This document shows, one piece after another, positions 46,033 through 54,315 of a stretch of 64,000 nucleotides of DNA. Numbering within the stretch: the stretch's first letter is position 1; each line of letters starts with the position of its first letter. This stretch comes from Succinivibrionaceae bacterium. Its GTDB lineage: Bacteria; Pseudomonadota; Gammaproteobacteria; Enterobacterales; Succinivibrionaceae. The position numbers and the translations under genes were made by a program. Location: assembly GCA_045628385.1 (NCBI GenBank), contig JAZQPH010000045.1, positions 5,442 to 69,441 on the forward strand. The letters are read 5' to 3'. Below the pieces are notes generated by a model. The model was not told the DNA's origin, made no database searches, and saw nothing but the letters and a program-made list of their open reading frames with translations.

Positions 46033-48027
46033 ATGCTGAAAAAGGTCAAACATTTCTTTTTGAAGCACCTTAGGAACAGACTGTCTATTCAAATGACGGT
46101 TCTCACTTTTCTGACGTCCATCGTGCTTGTTTCCGTATCGTCATACCTGCTCATTCAATACGAGCAGACGTCGGACAAACAAAACGTCGGCAGCCGCATG
46201 AGATCGATTGTCAGCGCCTATGCTCCGCTGTTTGCCAAAGCCGTCGAAGAAGATGACGAGGAATGGATCCGCAAACTGCTGGATTCAATAAAATCCGACA
46301 GTTCCCTTGCGTATGTCGAACTTGATGCCTTTGACAGAGAGCGCGGAGAAATCATCCACACCAGAGGCGAAAAACCGTCCCTTGAATCCGAACAGAGCAT
46401 CATCGAATTTGCAACGCTCATAGGATATGCAGGCCAAAGCATCGGCAATCTTGAAATCATTTCCGAACCCGACAGAATCATCCAGCGGCGCTCGAATTTT
46501 GTTTCGTTGGTCTTCTCGATGAATTTCTTCCTCGCAAGCTCGATAGCCGTCATCCTCATGATGCTTCTGCACACGATGATCATTAAATATCTTGTGCACC
46601 TTGCCGCCAAAACGAGCACGCTTACTGTTGAACACATCGATGAACCAATAGTCTTGCCTGATCGCGAAGACGAACCGTTTCGCAACGAACTCGATACTCT
46701 CGTGGACGCAATCAACAACATGCGCAGCACCATCGCAAGAGAATTCCGCTCCAATGACGAGACAAACGCCAAGCTTAAATCGCAGCGTGACTTTTTCAAT
46801 ACCGTTCTTAATTCCTGCAGTCTGATGATATGTCTGCTCGATCAGGACTACAGAATATTGCAGATAAATTCGGCCGTGACAATGCAGACGGGCTATCTTG
46901 AATTTGAGATTCTCAACAGGCGGTGGGCCGAAATCTTCGCCAACCCGGAAAGCGCCGAAACGCTCGAACAGATACGGAACAACTCCTATTCAAATATCCG
47001 CGAACTCACCATGAAAGATCAGGACGGACGAATCCTGACCATCGAATGGAACTTCGTGCCGTTTTATGAAGGCAACGAACTTAGGTACAACATTGCTTAC
47101 GGCTATGACATCTCTGTCGTCAAGGAAGCGCAGAATCAGCTCATGCGCATGAACCGCGATCTCGAAGATACGGTGGAACAGCGCACAAAGAAACTTAACG
47201 ATGCCTATTCGGATCTGTCAAATGCCTATAACGAACTTAAAATCACGCAGAGCCAGCTTATCAAATCGGAAACTCTGGCGTCTCTTGGTTCTCTCGTAGC
47301 GGGAATTTCGCATGAAATAAACACGCCGCTCGGCATTGCCGTGACGGCGCACACTCTCATCGGAGAACAGGTAAAAAAACTCGGCAAAGCGATAAAATCA
47401 GACTCGCCCGACGTCAAAACGCTGGCTTCGTCAATTTCCATCATCTCCGAAGCCGACGCGATACTGGAAACCAATCTTAACCGCGCCGCGGAGCTTATCA
47501 AAAGTTTCAAACAAGTCGCCGTCGACAGTTCATCGCAGTCAAGATACAAGTTCAAGGCGCGCGAGAACATCAACCAGACCATACTCAGCCTGTCGAACGT
47601 GCTCAAAAAGAACAGGCTCAGCGTCGATGTCGACTGCGATCCGCTTCTTGAACTCGATTCATATCCCGGCGCGCTGACTCAGATATATACAAATCTCGTG
47701 ATGAATACGGCCATGCACGCCTATTGCGACCCTGAACTGAAAGTCGACGATCGCAGGATATCCATCGTTTTGAAGCAAATCGACGACAATGTGCGTCTTG
47801 AATTTTCCGATAACGGCCAGGGCATAGCCGAGGAAATTCTGCCGCGCATTTTCGAGCCGTTTGTCACGTCAAAGCGCGGCAAAGGCGGCTCGGGCCTGGG
47901 AGGAAATATCGTATATAACCTCACCACGCGCGTATTGAAGGGCTCCATATCGTGCAAAAATTTAAAAACACCGCAGCACGGCTGCCTGTTCGTTATCAAC
48001 TTCCCGGCTAAGCCGAATGAGGACTAA
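46033..48027 (+). CDS. Membrane sensor histidine kinase (2 TM, extracytoplasmic loop, HAMP, PAS, DHp, HATPase)
   Basis: 664 aa with TM helices near residues 20-42 and 165-190 and a PAS-like segment. The H-box is ETLASLGSLVAGISHEINTPLG (NtrB/DctB-like). The N box (NLVMNTAMHA) and the G boxes (DNGQGI, GGSGLGG) are present. Confidence 0.88.
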   Translation: MLKKVKHFFLKHLRNRLSIQMTVLTFLTSIVLVSVSSYLLIQYEQTSDKQNVGSRMRSIVSAYAPLFAKAVEEDDEEWIRKLLDSIKSDSSLAYVELDAFDRERGEIIHTRGEKPSLESEQSIIEFATLIGYAGQSIGNLEIISEPDRIIQRRSNFVSLVFSMNFFLASSIAVILMMLLHTMIIKYLVHLAAKTSTLTVEHIDEPIVLPDREDEPFRNELDTLVDAINNMRSTIAREFRSNDETNAKLKSQRDFFNTVLNSCSLMICLLDQDYRILQINSAVTMQTGYLEFEILNRRWAEIFANPESAETLEQIRNNSYSNIRELTMKDQDGRILTIEWNFVPFYEGNELRYNIAYGYDISVVKEAQNQLMRMNRDLEDTVEQRTKKLNDAYSDLSNAYNELKITQSQLIKSETLASLGSLVAGISHEINTPLGIAVTAHTLIGEQVKKLGKAIKSDSPDVKTLASSISIISEADAILETNLNRAAELIKSFKQVAVDSSSQSRYKFKARENINQTILSLSNVLKKNRLSVDVDCDPLLELDSYPGALTQIYTNLVMNTAMHAYCDPELKVDDRRISIVLKQIDDNVRLEFSDNGQGIAEEILPRIFEPFVTSKRGKGGSGLGGNIVYNLTTRVLKGSISCKNLKTPQHGCLFVINFPAKPNED

Positions 48028-48030
48028 CAC

Positions 48031-48759
48031 ATGAAACTCGACAAAATTGTTGATCATCCATTGCTTCAGGCTAGGAAAATCTTTTTATACAGCGTGACCG
48101 CAGCCGGCATCGTGTGCGCATCCTGCGCGGTTGCTGCCATTGCAAGCGGTTCCTATCCTGCGGAATTCATCAAATTTCTCGTTACCGCCCTGCTCATCGT
48201 AGGCTATTGCGGAAATTGCCTTGTATGCCTGAAATCGCACTCGCGCCTTGCTGCGAAAAGCTGGTATGCAAAAATGCCTCTTGACTGGCTCGGCGTATTT
48301 CTCTGCACCGTCACGATGGGACTTCTCATAGTCTGGCTTTGGACCGACTACGCGTGGGGATTCAGAACGGCAATGCCCGCGCTGTCCCTCAGCACGGCCT
48401 TTACCATAGCAATTACCCAAACGGGAGCAGAGGGCAAAAAACTGATAACAAAATTGGCACTTTCGGCTAATCGCGTCTTTGCTCCGATTCTGGGCGTATT
48501 CCTCGCAATCATCTTTGCGTTTGCGATCTCCGACCCGACAACGCTCAAACTGATGTGGTGCATGGTTCTTGTCGAAATTGCGCTTTTGCTCATTATCCTC
48601 ACGACGTATTCGGGAGCTGGCAGACATTCGATAGTTCTGATTTCCACGGATTCAGAAGGCATCTTCAGAGACAGGAAAGGAAATCTGTACGAAGTAAAGC
48701 CTATCGAATGCGAAAACGCAGATGAAGAAGACGGCGGCGAAGCAAGCCAAGAGATCTGA
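48031..48759 (+). CDS. Hypothetical 6-TM membrane protein with an acidic C-terminal tail
   Basis: 242 aa. The ATG is 3 nt after the kinase stop. There are six hydrophobic helices and then a soluble end (IVLISTDSEGIFRDRKGNLYEVKPIECENADEEDGGEASQEI). I recognise no family. Confidence 0.6.
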   Translation: MKLDKIVDHPLLQARKIFLYSVTAAGIVCASCAVAAIASGSYPAEFIKFLVTALLIVGYCGNCLVCLKSHSRLAAKSWYAKMPLDWLGVFLCTVTMGLLIVWLWTDYAWGFRTAMPALSLSTAFTIAITQTGAEGKKLITKLALSANRVFAPILGVFLAIIFAFAISDPTTLKLMWCMVLVEIALLLIILTTYSGAGRHSIVLISTDSEGIFRDRKGNLYEVKPIECENADEEDGGEASQEI

Positions 48760-48817
48760 CAGATAAGCAATTTTCCGGCTTCCCTTTGGCTGATGTATGT
48801 GAATACAAAACGGAGCA

Positions 48818-50656
48818 ATGAAGACCATGGCAATGTTCAATGTCGACGTATACGAAAAAAGCATGCACGAACTGCGCATGATCATGGATTCGGCAGATTT
48901 CGACGCCCTCATCATTCCGCATGAAGATGAATTTTTGGGCGAACACGTTCCCGAGGACAAAGAACGTTTGGCATTCATAACGGGCTTCACGGGTTCAGCA
49001 GGAAGCTGCGTCGTTTTCCGCAACAAAGAACAGGCAGAAACCACCCTGTTTGTCGACGGCAGATACACCATCCAAGCCCAAAGACAGGTTCCCGAAGATA
49101 TCGCCATTGCAAGCTATAAAGACAGCCTGAGCGCTGTTCGGTTTGCCGCATCAAAGATAAAACCCGGACAGAGGGTCGGCATCGATCCTAAAGTTCATTC
49201 GGCAAAATGGGCAAAAGACGCCAAATCAATCCTGACAAACGCCGATGCGGAATTGGCATTTGCCGCAAAAAATCCGATTGATCAGCTTTGGCGCAACAAA
49301 CCTGAGCCAAAGAACCATCCGTTTATGGCTTTTCCCGACCGCTATGCGGGAATGTCGAGCGAAAAGAAGCGCGAACTCATTGCCGTCAAAATCGGGGATC
49401 TGGGTCTTGACGCGGCGCTTCTTTGCGATGCCGAATCCGTCAATTGGCTTCTCAACATCCGCGGACACGACATTCCGTATCTTCCGATAGTGCGCTGCTG
49501 CGCGATCATCTATGCCAACCGCTCGGTCGAAGTTTTCCTGGACGGAGGCACCGAACGCTGCGAAAAGATGTCGGATGTGTGCGGCGGCAGCGTCTCCGTA
49601 TTTTCTCTCAAAGCGCTCGATGCCGCCCTTGATCGCATCGGCGAAGGCAAACTGAAAATAGGCATAGATCCGACCATGACAAGCGCGCATTGCCTGAGCA
49701 TGCTTGAAAAATCAGGAGCCGCCGTCATTCAGACAGCCGATCCGTGCGCGCTTCACAAAGCGATAAAAACTTCCACCGAAGTGGACGGTTTCAGGGCAGC
49801 GCACCTTAAGGACGGCGTTGCCATGTGCAAATTCCTGGCTTGGCTGGACCGAAAAGCGGCAGAACATGCGGATGCCGACGAAGCGACCATCGCCGAGCAG
49901 GCGGCATCCTACAGATCAAACCAAGAAAACTTTATCGAATTGAGTTTTGCGACCATATCGGCGCTGGGCTCAAATGCCGCCATGTGCCACTATTGCCACG
50001 AAAATGAAGAACATCCGCGGCAGCTCGGAAAGGATTCCATCTATCTTATAGATTCAGGCGCTCACTACTATGACGGGACAACCGATATAACGAGAACCGT
50101 GGCGGTCGGCGAACCTACGGATGAGATGAAAAACATGTTCACCCGAGTGCTCCGCGGCAATATTGCGCTCGCGTCGGCCTGCTTTCCCAAGGGAACCAAA
50201 GGCAGCCAGCTCGATATCTTGGCAAGAATGCCTCTATGGGAAGTCGGTTCGGACTATGCGCACGGAACAGGACACGGCGTCGGCCACTGTCTGAGCGTGC
50301 ACGAAGGACCGCACAGAATATCGCCGCGCTCCGCCCCGAACGAAACGCAGCTCATGGAAAACATGATCGTCACCGACGAACCGGGATTTTATAAAGAAGG
50401 CGAATACGGCATACGCTGCGAAAACGAATTGCTGGTCACGTCTCACCCCTCGCTTTCGGGAATGCTCGGTTTCGAAACGCTCACGCTCGTGCCGTTTGAC
50501 TTAAGACTGGTGAATCCTGAACTCATGTCCGATGCCGAGATCTCATGGCTGAACTCATATCATGCCGGCGTGCGCCATGCCATTATGCCTTTTTTAAGCG
50601 ACCAGGAAATTAGCTGGCTTATAGCAGCAACGCGCCAGATCGAAAAAGAAAAGTAA
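48818..50656 (+). CDS. M24B aminopeptidase P family (Xaa-Pro aminopeptidase, long APP1-like form)
   Basis: 612 aa with an N-terminal creatinase/prolidase-like domain and the M24 metal-ligand context (IDSGAHYYDGTTDITRT, HGTGHGVG..L.VHEGP, EPGFY, IRCEN). The start could instead be 48827. Confidence 0.88.
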   Translation: MKTMAMFNVDVYEKSMHELRMIMDSADFDALIIPHEDEFLGEHVPEDKERLAFITGFTGSAGSCVVFRNKEQAETTLFVDGRYTIQAQRQVPEDIAIASYKDSLSAVRFAASKIKPGQRVGIDPKVHSAKWAKDAKSILTNADAELAFAAKNPIDQLWRNKPEPKNHPFMAFPDRYAGMSSEKKRELIAVKIGDLGLDAALLCDAESVNWLLNIRGHDIPYLPIVRCCAIIYANRSVEVFLDGGTERCEKMSDVCGGSVSVFSLKALDAALDRIGEGKLKIGIDPTMTSAHCLSMLEKSGAAVIQTADPCALHKAIKTSTEVDGFRAAHLKDGVAMCKFLAWLDRKAAEHADADEATIAEQAASYRSNQENFIELSFATISALGSNAAMCHYCHENEEHPRQLGKDSIYLIDSGAHYYDGTTDITRTVAVGEPTDEMKNMFTRVLRGNIALASACFPKGTKGSQLDILARMPLWEVGSDYAHGTGHGVGHCLSVHEGPHRISPRSAPNETQLMENMIVTDEPGFYKEGEYGIRCENELLVTSHPSLSGMLGFETLTLVPFDLRLVNPELMSDAEISWLNSYHAGVRHAIMPFLSDQEISWLIAATRQIEKEK

Positions 50657-50847
50657 CTTTGGGCTGTTCGGGATGAGCGGCCATCCATGTTTGCTGCGCT
50701 TGCAAAAACTCGGCTGACGCGCTCAAGGCATGTAACGGCGCCGATTGGCCGCCGAACCGTCGCGAAAGTTGTCCGAATGCCACATGGTATATAATGTACT
50801 TGGGTGCATTTTGCCCTAACCCATTTTGATTTGGAACAAATACAGCA

Positions 50848-52206
50848 ATGTTCGATTTTTCTTCGAAGTTTGCGCGTCAGAAATTGGCTCGCCTCCCGTT
50901 TATCTCCGTTCCTTCTGGCAGCATGGAAATACTTGTCTCTTCCGAAGCATTCAGAGAAAAACTTTTGTCGCTTATAGCCAAAGCCGAAGAAAGGATCATC
51001 ATAACGGCGCTGTACCTTCAGGATGACGAATGCGGCAGGGAACTCCTCAGCGCCATCTTCGAGCGCGCCGATGCCGTGCCTGGACTCAAAGCCAGAATAT
51101 ACGTTGACTTCCATCGCGCCCAGCGCGGTCTTATGGGAAAAGGCAAGCAATGCGGCAACCAGATAATGTACAGGGAGCTGAAACTTGCGCACCCCAACGC
51201 CGATGTCGAGATTCTCGGAGTCCCGGTCAAATCCAAAGAAATGTTCGGCGTCCTGCACCTCAAGGGATTTGTAATCGATGATGCGCTCATTTATTCGGGC
51301 GCGAGCATCAATAACGTATACCTCGGTTTTGAAGGCAAGTACCGTCTTGATCGTTATCATGTCATATCGGCCAAATCCGTAGCCGATGCCTTTGCCGACT
51401 ATGCGTCCGCAAACCTCGAATACGCACATGCGGTCACGGATCTTACCCAAAGTGACATCCCTGCAGCCAAAGCCATTAAAACCGAAATCTGCGAATTTAA
51501 GCGCAGCCTGGCACGTTCGGAAATAAAATTCACGCCGGGAGAACTTGGCTCTGAAGACGTGGCCATGACTCCGATTGTCGGATTCGGCAGATGCAGAAAC
51601 CGACTCAACAAAGCCATAGTGTCGCTCATTGCCTCGGCAGAAAAAGAAATCACCATCTGCACGCCATATTTCAATATGCCTCCCGTGGTTGCGCGCCAAG
51701 TTTCAAAACTCGTAAAACGCGGCATAAAGGTAACTTTTGTCGTAGGCGACAGGGTAGCAAACGATTTCTATATTCCCGAGGATCAGCCGTTCAACAAGGT
51801 CGGCGCGCTGCCGTATCTGTATGAGCGAAATCTGCGCGAATACTGCGAGAAAAATCAGAAACTCATAGACAGCGGCAAAATTGAAATCAGGCTGTGGAAG
51901 GACGGCATGAATACCTATCACGTCAAAGGCATATTCGTCGATGACTTGCGCTACCTTCTGACCGGAAACAATATCAATCCGAGAGCTTGGGGGCTCGATA
52001 TCGAAAACGGCATCATCATCAGCGATCCGAACAGGAAGCTGGCCGAAAAATTTGACAGCGAGCGCAGGCATCTGTTGGAAAAAACAACCGTAATAAAACA
52101 TTTTACCGACATTGAGGCATTTGAAGAGGTGCCTGAACGTTTCAGAAACTATCTTAAAAAGTATTACCGATATAAACTTCATATCGTGGTGAAGAAGATG
52201 GTATGA
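50848..52206 (+). CDS. pssA: CDP-diacylglycerol--serine O-phosphatidyltransferase (PLD-type PssA)
   Basis: 452 aa, colinear with E. coli PssA. Contains HRAQRG, HLKGFVIDD..LYSGASIN, ICTPYFN, ANDFYIPEDQPF...GALPYLYE and YHVKG..VDD..LLTGNN.NPRAW. Confidence 0.95.
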   Translation: MFDFSSKFARQKLARLPFISVPSGSMEILVSSEAFREKLLSLIAKAEERIIITALYLQDDECGRELLSAIFERADAVPGLKARIYVDFHRAQRGLMGKGKQCGNQIMYRELKLAHPNADVEILGVPVKSKEMFGVLHLKGFVIDDALIYSGASINNVYLGFEGKYRLDRYHVISAKSVADAFADYASANLEYAHAVTDLTQSDIPAAKAIKTEICEFKRSLARSEIKFTPGELGSEDVAMTPIVGFGRCRNRLNKAIVSLIASAEKEITICTPYFNMPPVVARQVSKLVKRGIKVTFVVGDRVANDFYIPEDQPFNKVGALPYLYERNLREYCEKNQKLIDSGKIEIRLWKDGMNTYHVKGIFVDDLRYLLTGNNINPRAWGLDIENGIIISDPNRKLAEKFDSERRHLLEKTTVIKHFTDIEAFEEVPERFRNYLKKYYRYKLHIVVKKMV

Positions 52207-54293
52207 CAGCAGCATCGCCCGACTCTCTTGAACGCATAAAAGGCATCAGCACCAAAACGCGCGAGTATTTGGCCGAATTGGGCGTGCATACTTTCAGCGA
52301 CCTGCTGTTTCTCCTGCCAAACAGATTCGAGGACAAAGGGCGCATCTGCTCAGTGCCCGAAGGTGCCGCAGATGGCAGCCGTTCCACTTTTATCGGCAAA
52401 ATTCTTTCCGTGCAGCACAATCCCGGGAGAATGCCTGAACTTTCGATAAAGCTTGTCGACGACCGTTCTGGCGCCGAGTATTCAATCCCATATTTCAAAG
52501 CGTATCCGACTACCGTCAGGATGTACCAAACTTCGGCGGGCATGCACGCAGCCGTCTACTCGCAGGCGCAGCTTACGCGCTGGGGATATCAGCTGGCGCA
52601 GCCCGCCCCCGGCGACGTGCAGATCATCGAAAGCCCCCAGGATTTCATTCCGGCATCGAGATTGTCTCCCGTATATCCCGGGACTCTGAAACTCAAACCC
52701 GCGCAAGTAGCCAAACTGGCATTAAAAGCCATTGCTGCCGTCAAAGCGGATCCGCTTGAAGAACTGATGCCTCTTGATCATCCAAGGTGCGCCGGCATAG
52801 GCATAATGCAGGCAATCGAATACAGCCACTATCCCGAAAGAGGTCTCGATCCGCTTATTCTCGAACACCGGCTGTCGCCTGCCAATATCAGATTAAAATT
52901 TGAAGAACTGACCGCATTTACGCTTTCGATAAGGCTTGCGGGTCAAAAGCTCCGCGCTGCCGCCTCTCCCGGGATCCAATCATCAGGGCGTCTTGCCAAG
53001 CAGCTCATCGGCAGACTTTCGTTTAGCCCGACCGGCGCTCAGCTGAGAGTTGCCGAGGAAATCAGGCAGGACCTAGGCAAAAAAGTGCCGATGATGCGTC
53101 TTCTTCAGGGCGACGTCGGCTCGGGCAAGACATTGGTTGCGGCATTGTCCGCGCTTGATGCCGCCGAAGCGGGCTATCAGACGGCCCTCATGGCCCCGAC
53201 GGAAATTTTGGCCGAACAGCATAGAACCAAACTTACGGCTCTGCTCGAACCTATCGGCATCAAAACGGCATTTCTGTCGGGCAAGCAGAAAACCAAAGAG
53301 CGACGCGCCGAATTGGACAAAATCGCATCAGGCGAAGCTCTTATTGTCATCGGCACGCATGCGCTGTTCTCCGATGACGTGGCATTTAAAAACTTGGGCT
53401 ATGTCATCATCGACGAACAGCACCGATTCGGCGTCGAGCAGCGCCTCATGCTGCAAAAAAAAGCGGCTGACGGCATGCAGCCGCATCAGCTCATCATGAC
53501 GGCCACGCCTATCCCAAGAACGCTAGCCATGACCAATTATGCCGATCTCGACCTTTCCGTGCTTGACGAACTTCCGCCCGGACGCATCCCTACCCAAACA
53601 TGCATATGCTCTGATCGCGGAAAACTCATAGAAAGAATCAGATTGCGCTGCAAAGACGACGGGTGGCAGGCATATTGGGTTTGCCCGCTTATTGAGGAAT
53701 CAGAAAAACTCGGAGACGTTGCCGACGCCGAAAACGCATTCAAAGAACTGCAAGAAGCCATGCCCGACGTCGCAATCGGCCTCGTGCACGGAAGAATGAG
53801 TTCCGATGAAAAAAATGACGTGATCGGAAAATACAAAGAAGGCAGTCTTTCCGTGCTGGTCGCGACGACCGTCATAGAAGTCGGCGTCGATGTTCCTAAT
53901 GCTTCCATAATGGTGCTTGAAAATCCTGAGCGTCTCGGACTTGCGCAGCTGCATCAGCTGCGGGGCCGCGTAGGACGCGGCAGACAGCAGTCTTATTGCA
54001 TGCTATTGGTGGATTCCGGCAAAGGACCGTCCGAACGGCTCAAATACTTTAAAAGCACCACCGACGGGCTGGCGATCGCAGAATACGATCTGAATCTGCG
54101 CGGAAGCGGCGAATATCTTGGCACCAGGCAAACAGGAACAGCCAAAATGAAAATTGCCGATCTGGCGCAAGACTCCGAGCTTTGCCAAGAAGCCGCAGAT
54201 CTTGCCGAAAAGATGGCCGTTCAGGATCCTGAAAAAGCACGCAGGCTTGCCGCAAGATGGTTCGGAAACGATACCGAACTTGCCAGAGCCTGA
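52203..54293 (+). CDS. recG: ATP-dependent DNA helicase RecG
   Basis: 696 aa. ATGA overlap with pssA. It has a wedge domain followed by helicase motifs (GDVGSGKT, DEQHRFGV, MTATPIPRT, QLHQLRGRVGRG). Confidence 0.96.
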   Translation: MTAASPDSLERIKGISTKTREYLAELGVHTFSDLLFLLPNRFEDKGRICSVPEGAADGSRSTFIGKILSVQHNPGRMPELSIKLVDDRSGAEYSIPYFKAYPTTVRMYQTSAGMHAAVYSQAQLTRWGYQLAQPAPGDVQIIESPQDFIPASRLSPVYPGTLKLKPAQVAKLALKAIAAVKADPLEELMPLDHPRCAGIGIMQAIEYSHYPERGLDPLILEHRLSPANIRLKFEELTAFTLSIRLAGQKLRAAASPGIQSSGRLAKQLIGRLSFSPTGAQLRVAEEIRQDLGKKVPMMRLLQGDVGSGKTLVAALSALDAAEAGYQTALMAPTEILAEQHRTKLTALLEPIGIKTAFLSGKQKTKERRAELDKIASGEALIVIGTHALFSDDVAFKNLGYVIIDEQHRFGVEQRLMLQKKAADGMQPHQLIMTATPIPRTLAMTNYADLDLSVLDELPPGRIPTQTCICSDRGKLIERIRLRCKDDGWQAYWVCPLIEESEKLGDVADAENAFKELQEAMPDVAIGLVHGRMSSDEKNDVIGKYKEGSLSVLVATTVIEVGVDVPNASIMVLENPERLGLAQLHQLRGRVGRGRQQSYCMLLVDSGKGPSERLKYFKSTTDGLAIAEYDLNLRGSGEYLGTRQTGTAKMKIADLAQDSELCQEAADLAEKMAVQDPEKARRLAARWFGNDTELARA

Positions 54294-54315
54294 AGGTGCC
54301 GGGGAGGTAGTTTTA

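Noticed and set aside
50560-51699. 379-aa ORF antisense to pssA and the end of the aminopeptidase gene
   Set aside because: It is the longest shadow ORF in the window, but its composition is Arg/Phe/Gly-rich junk. It spans an intergenic region and two well-supported sense genes and has no motif support.
54154-54315. Upstream extension of the AsmA-like ORF overlapping recG. Similar over-long starts occur for ftsY (to 18813), typA (to 62122), rpoH (to 15872), the LysR gene (to 60123), mlaC (from 5424) and the DASS gene (from 13241).
   Set aside because: In each case an internal ATG or GTG with a good Shine-Dalgarno reproduces the conserved N-terminus of the family. The extension either overlaps a neighbouring gene or has implausible composition.
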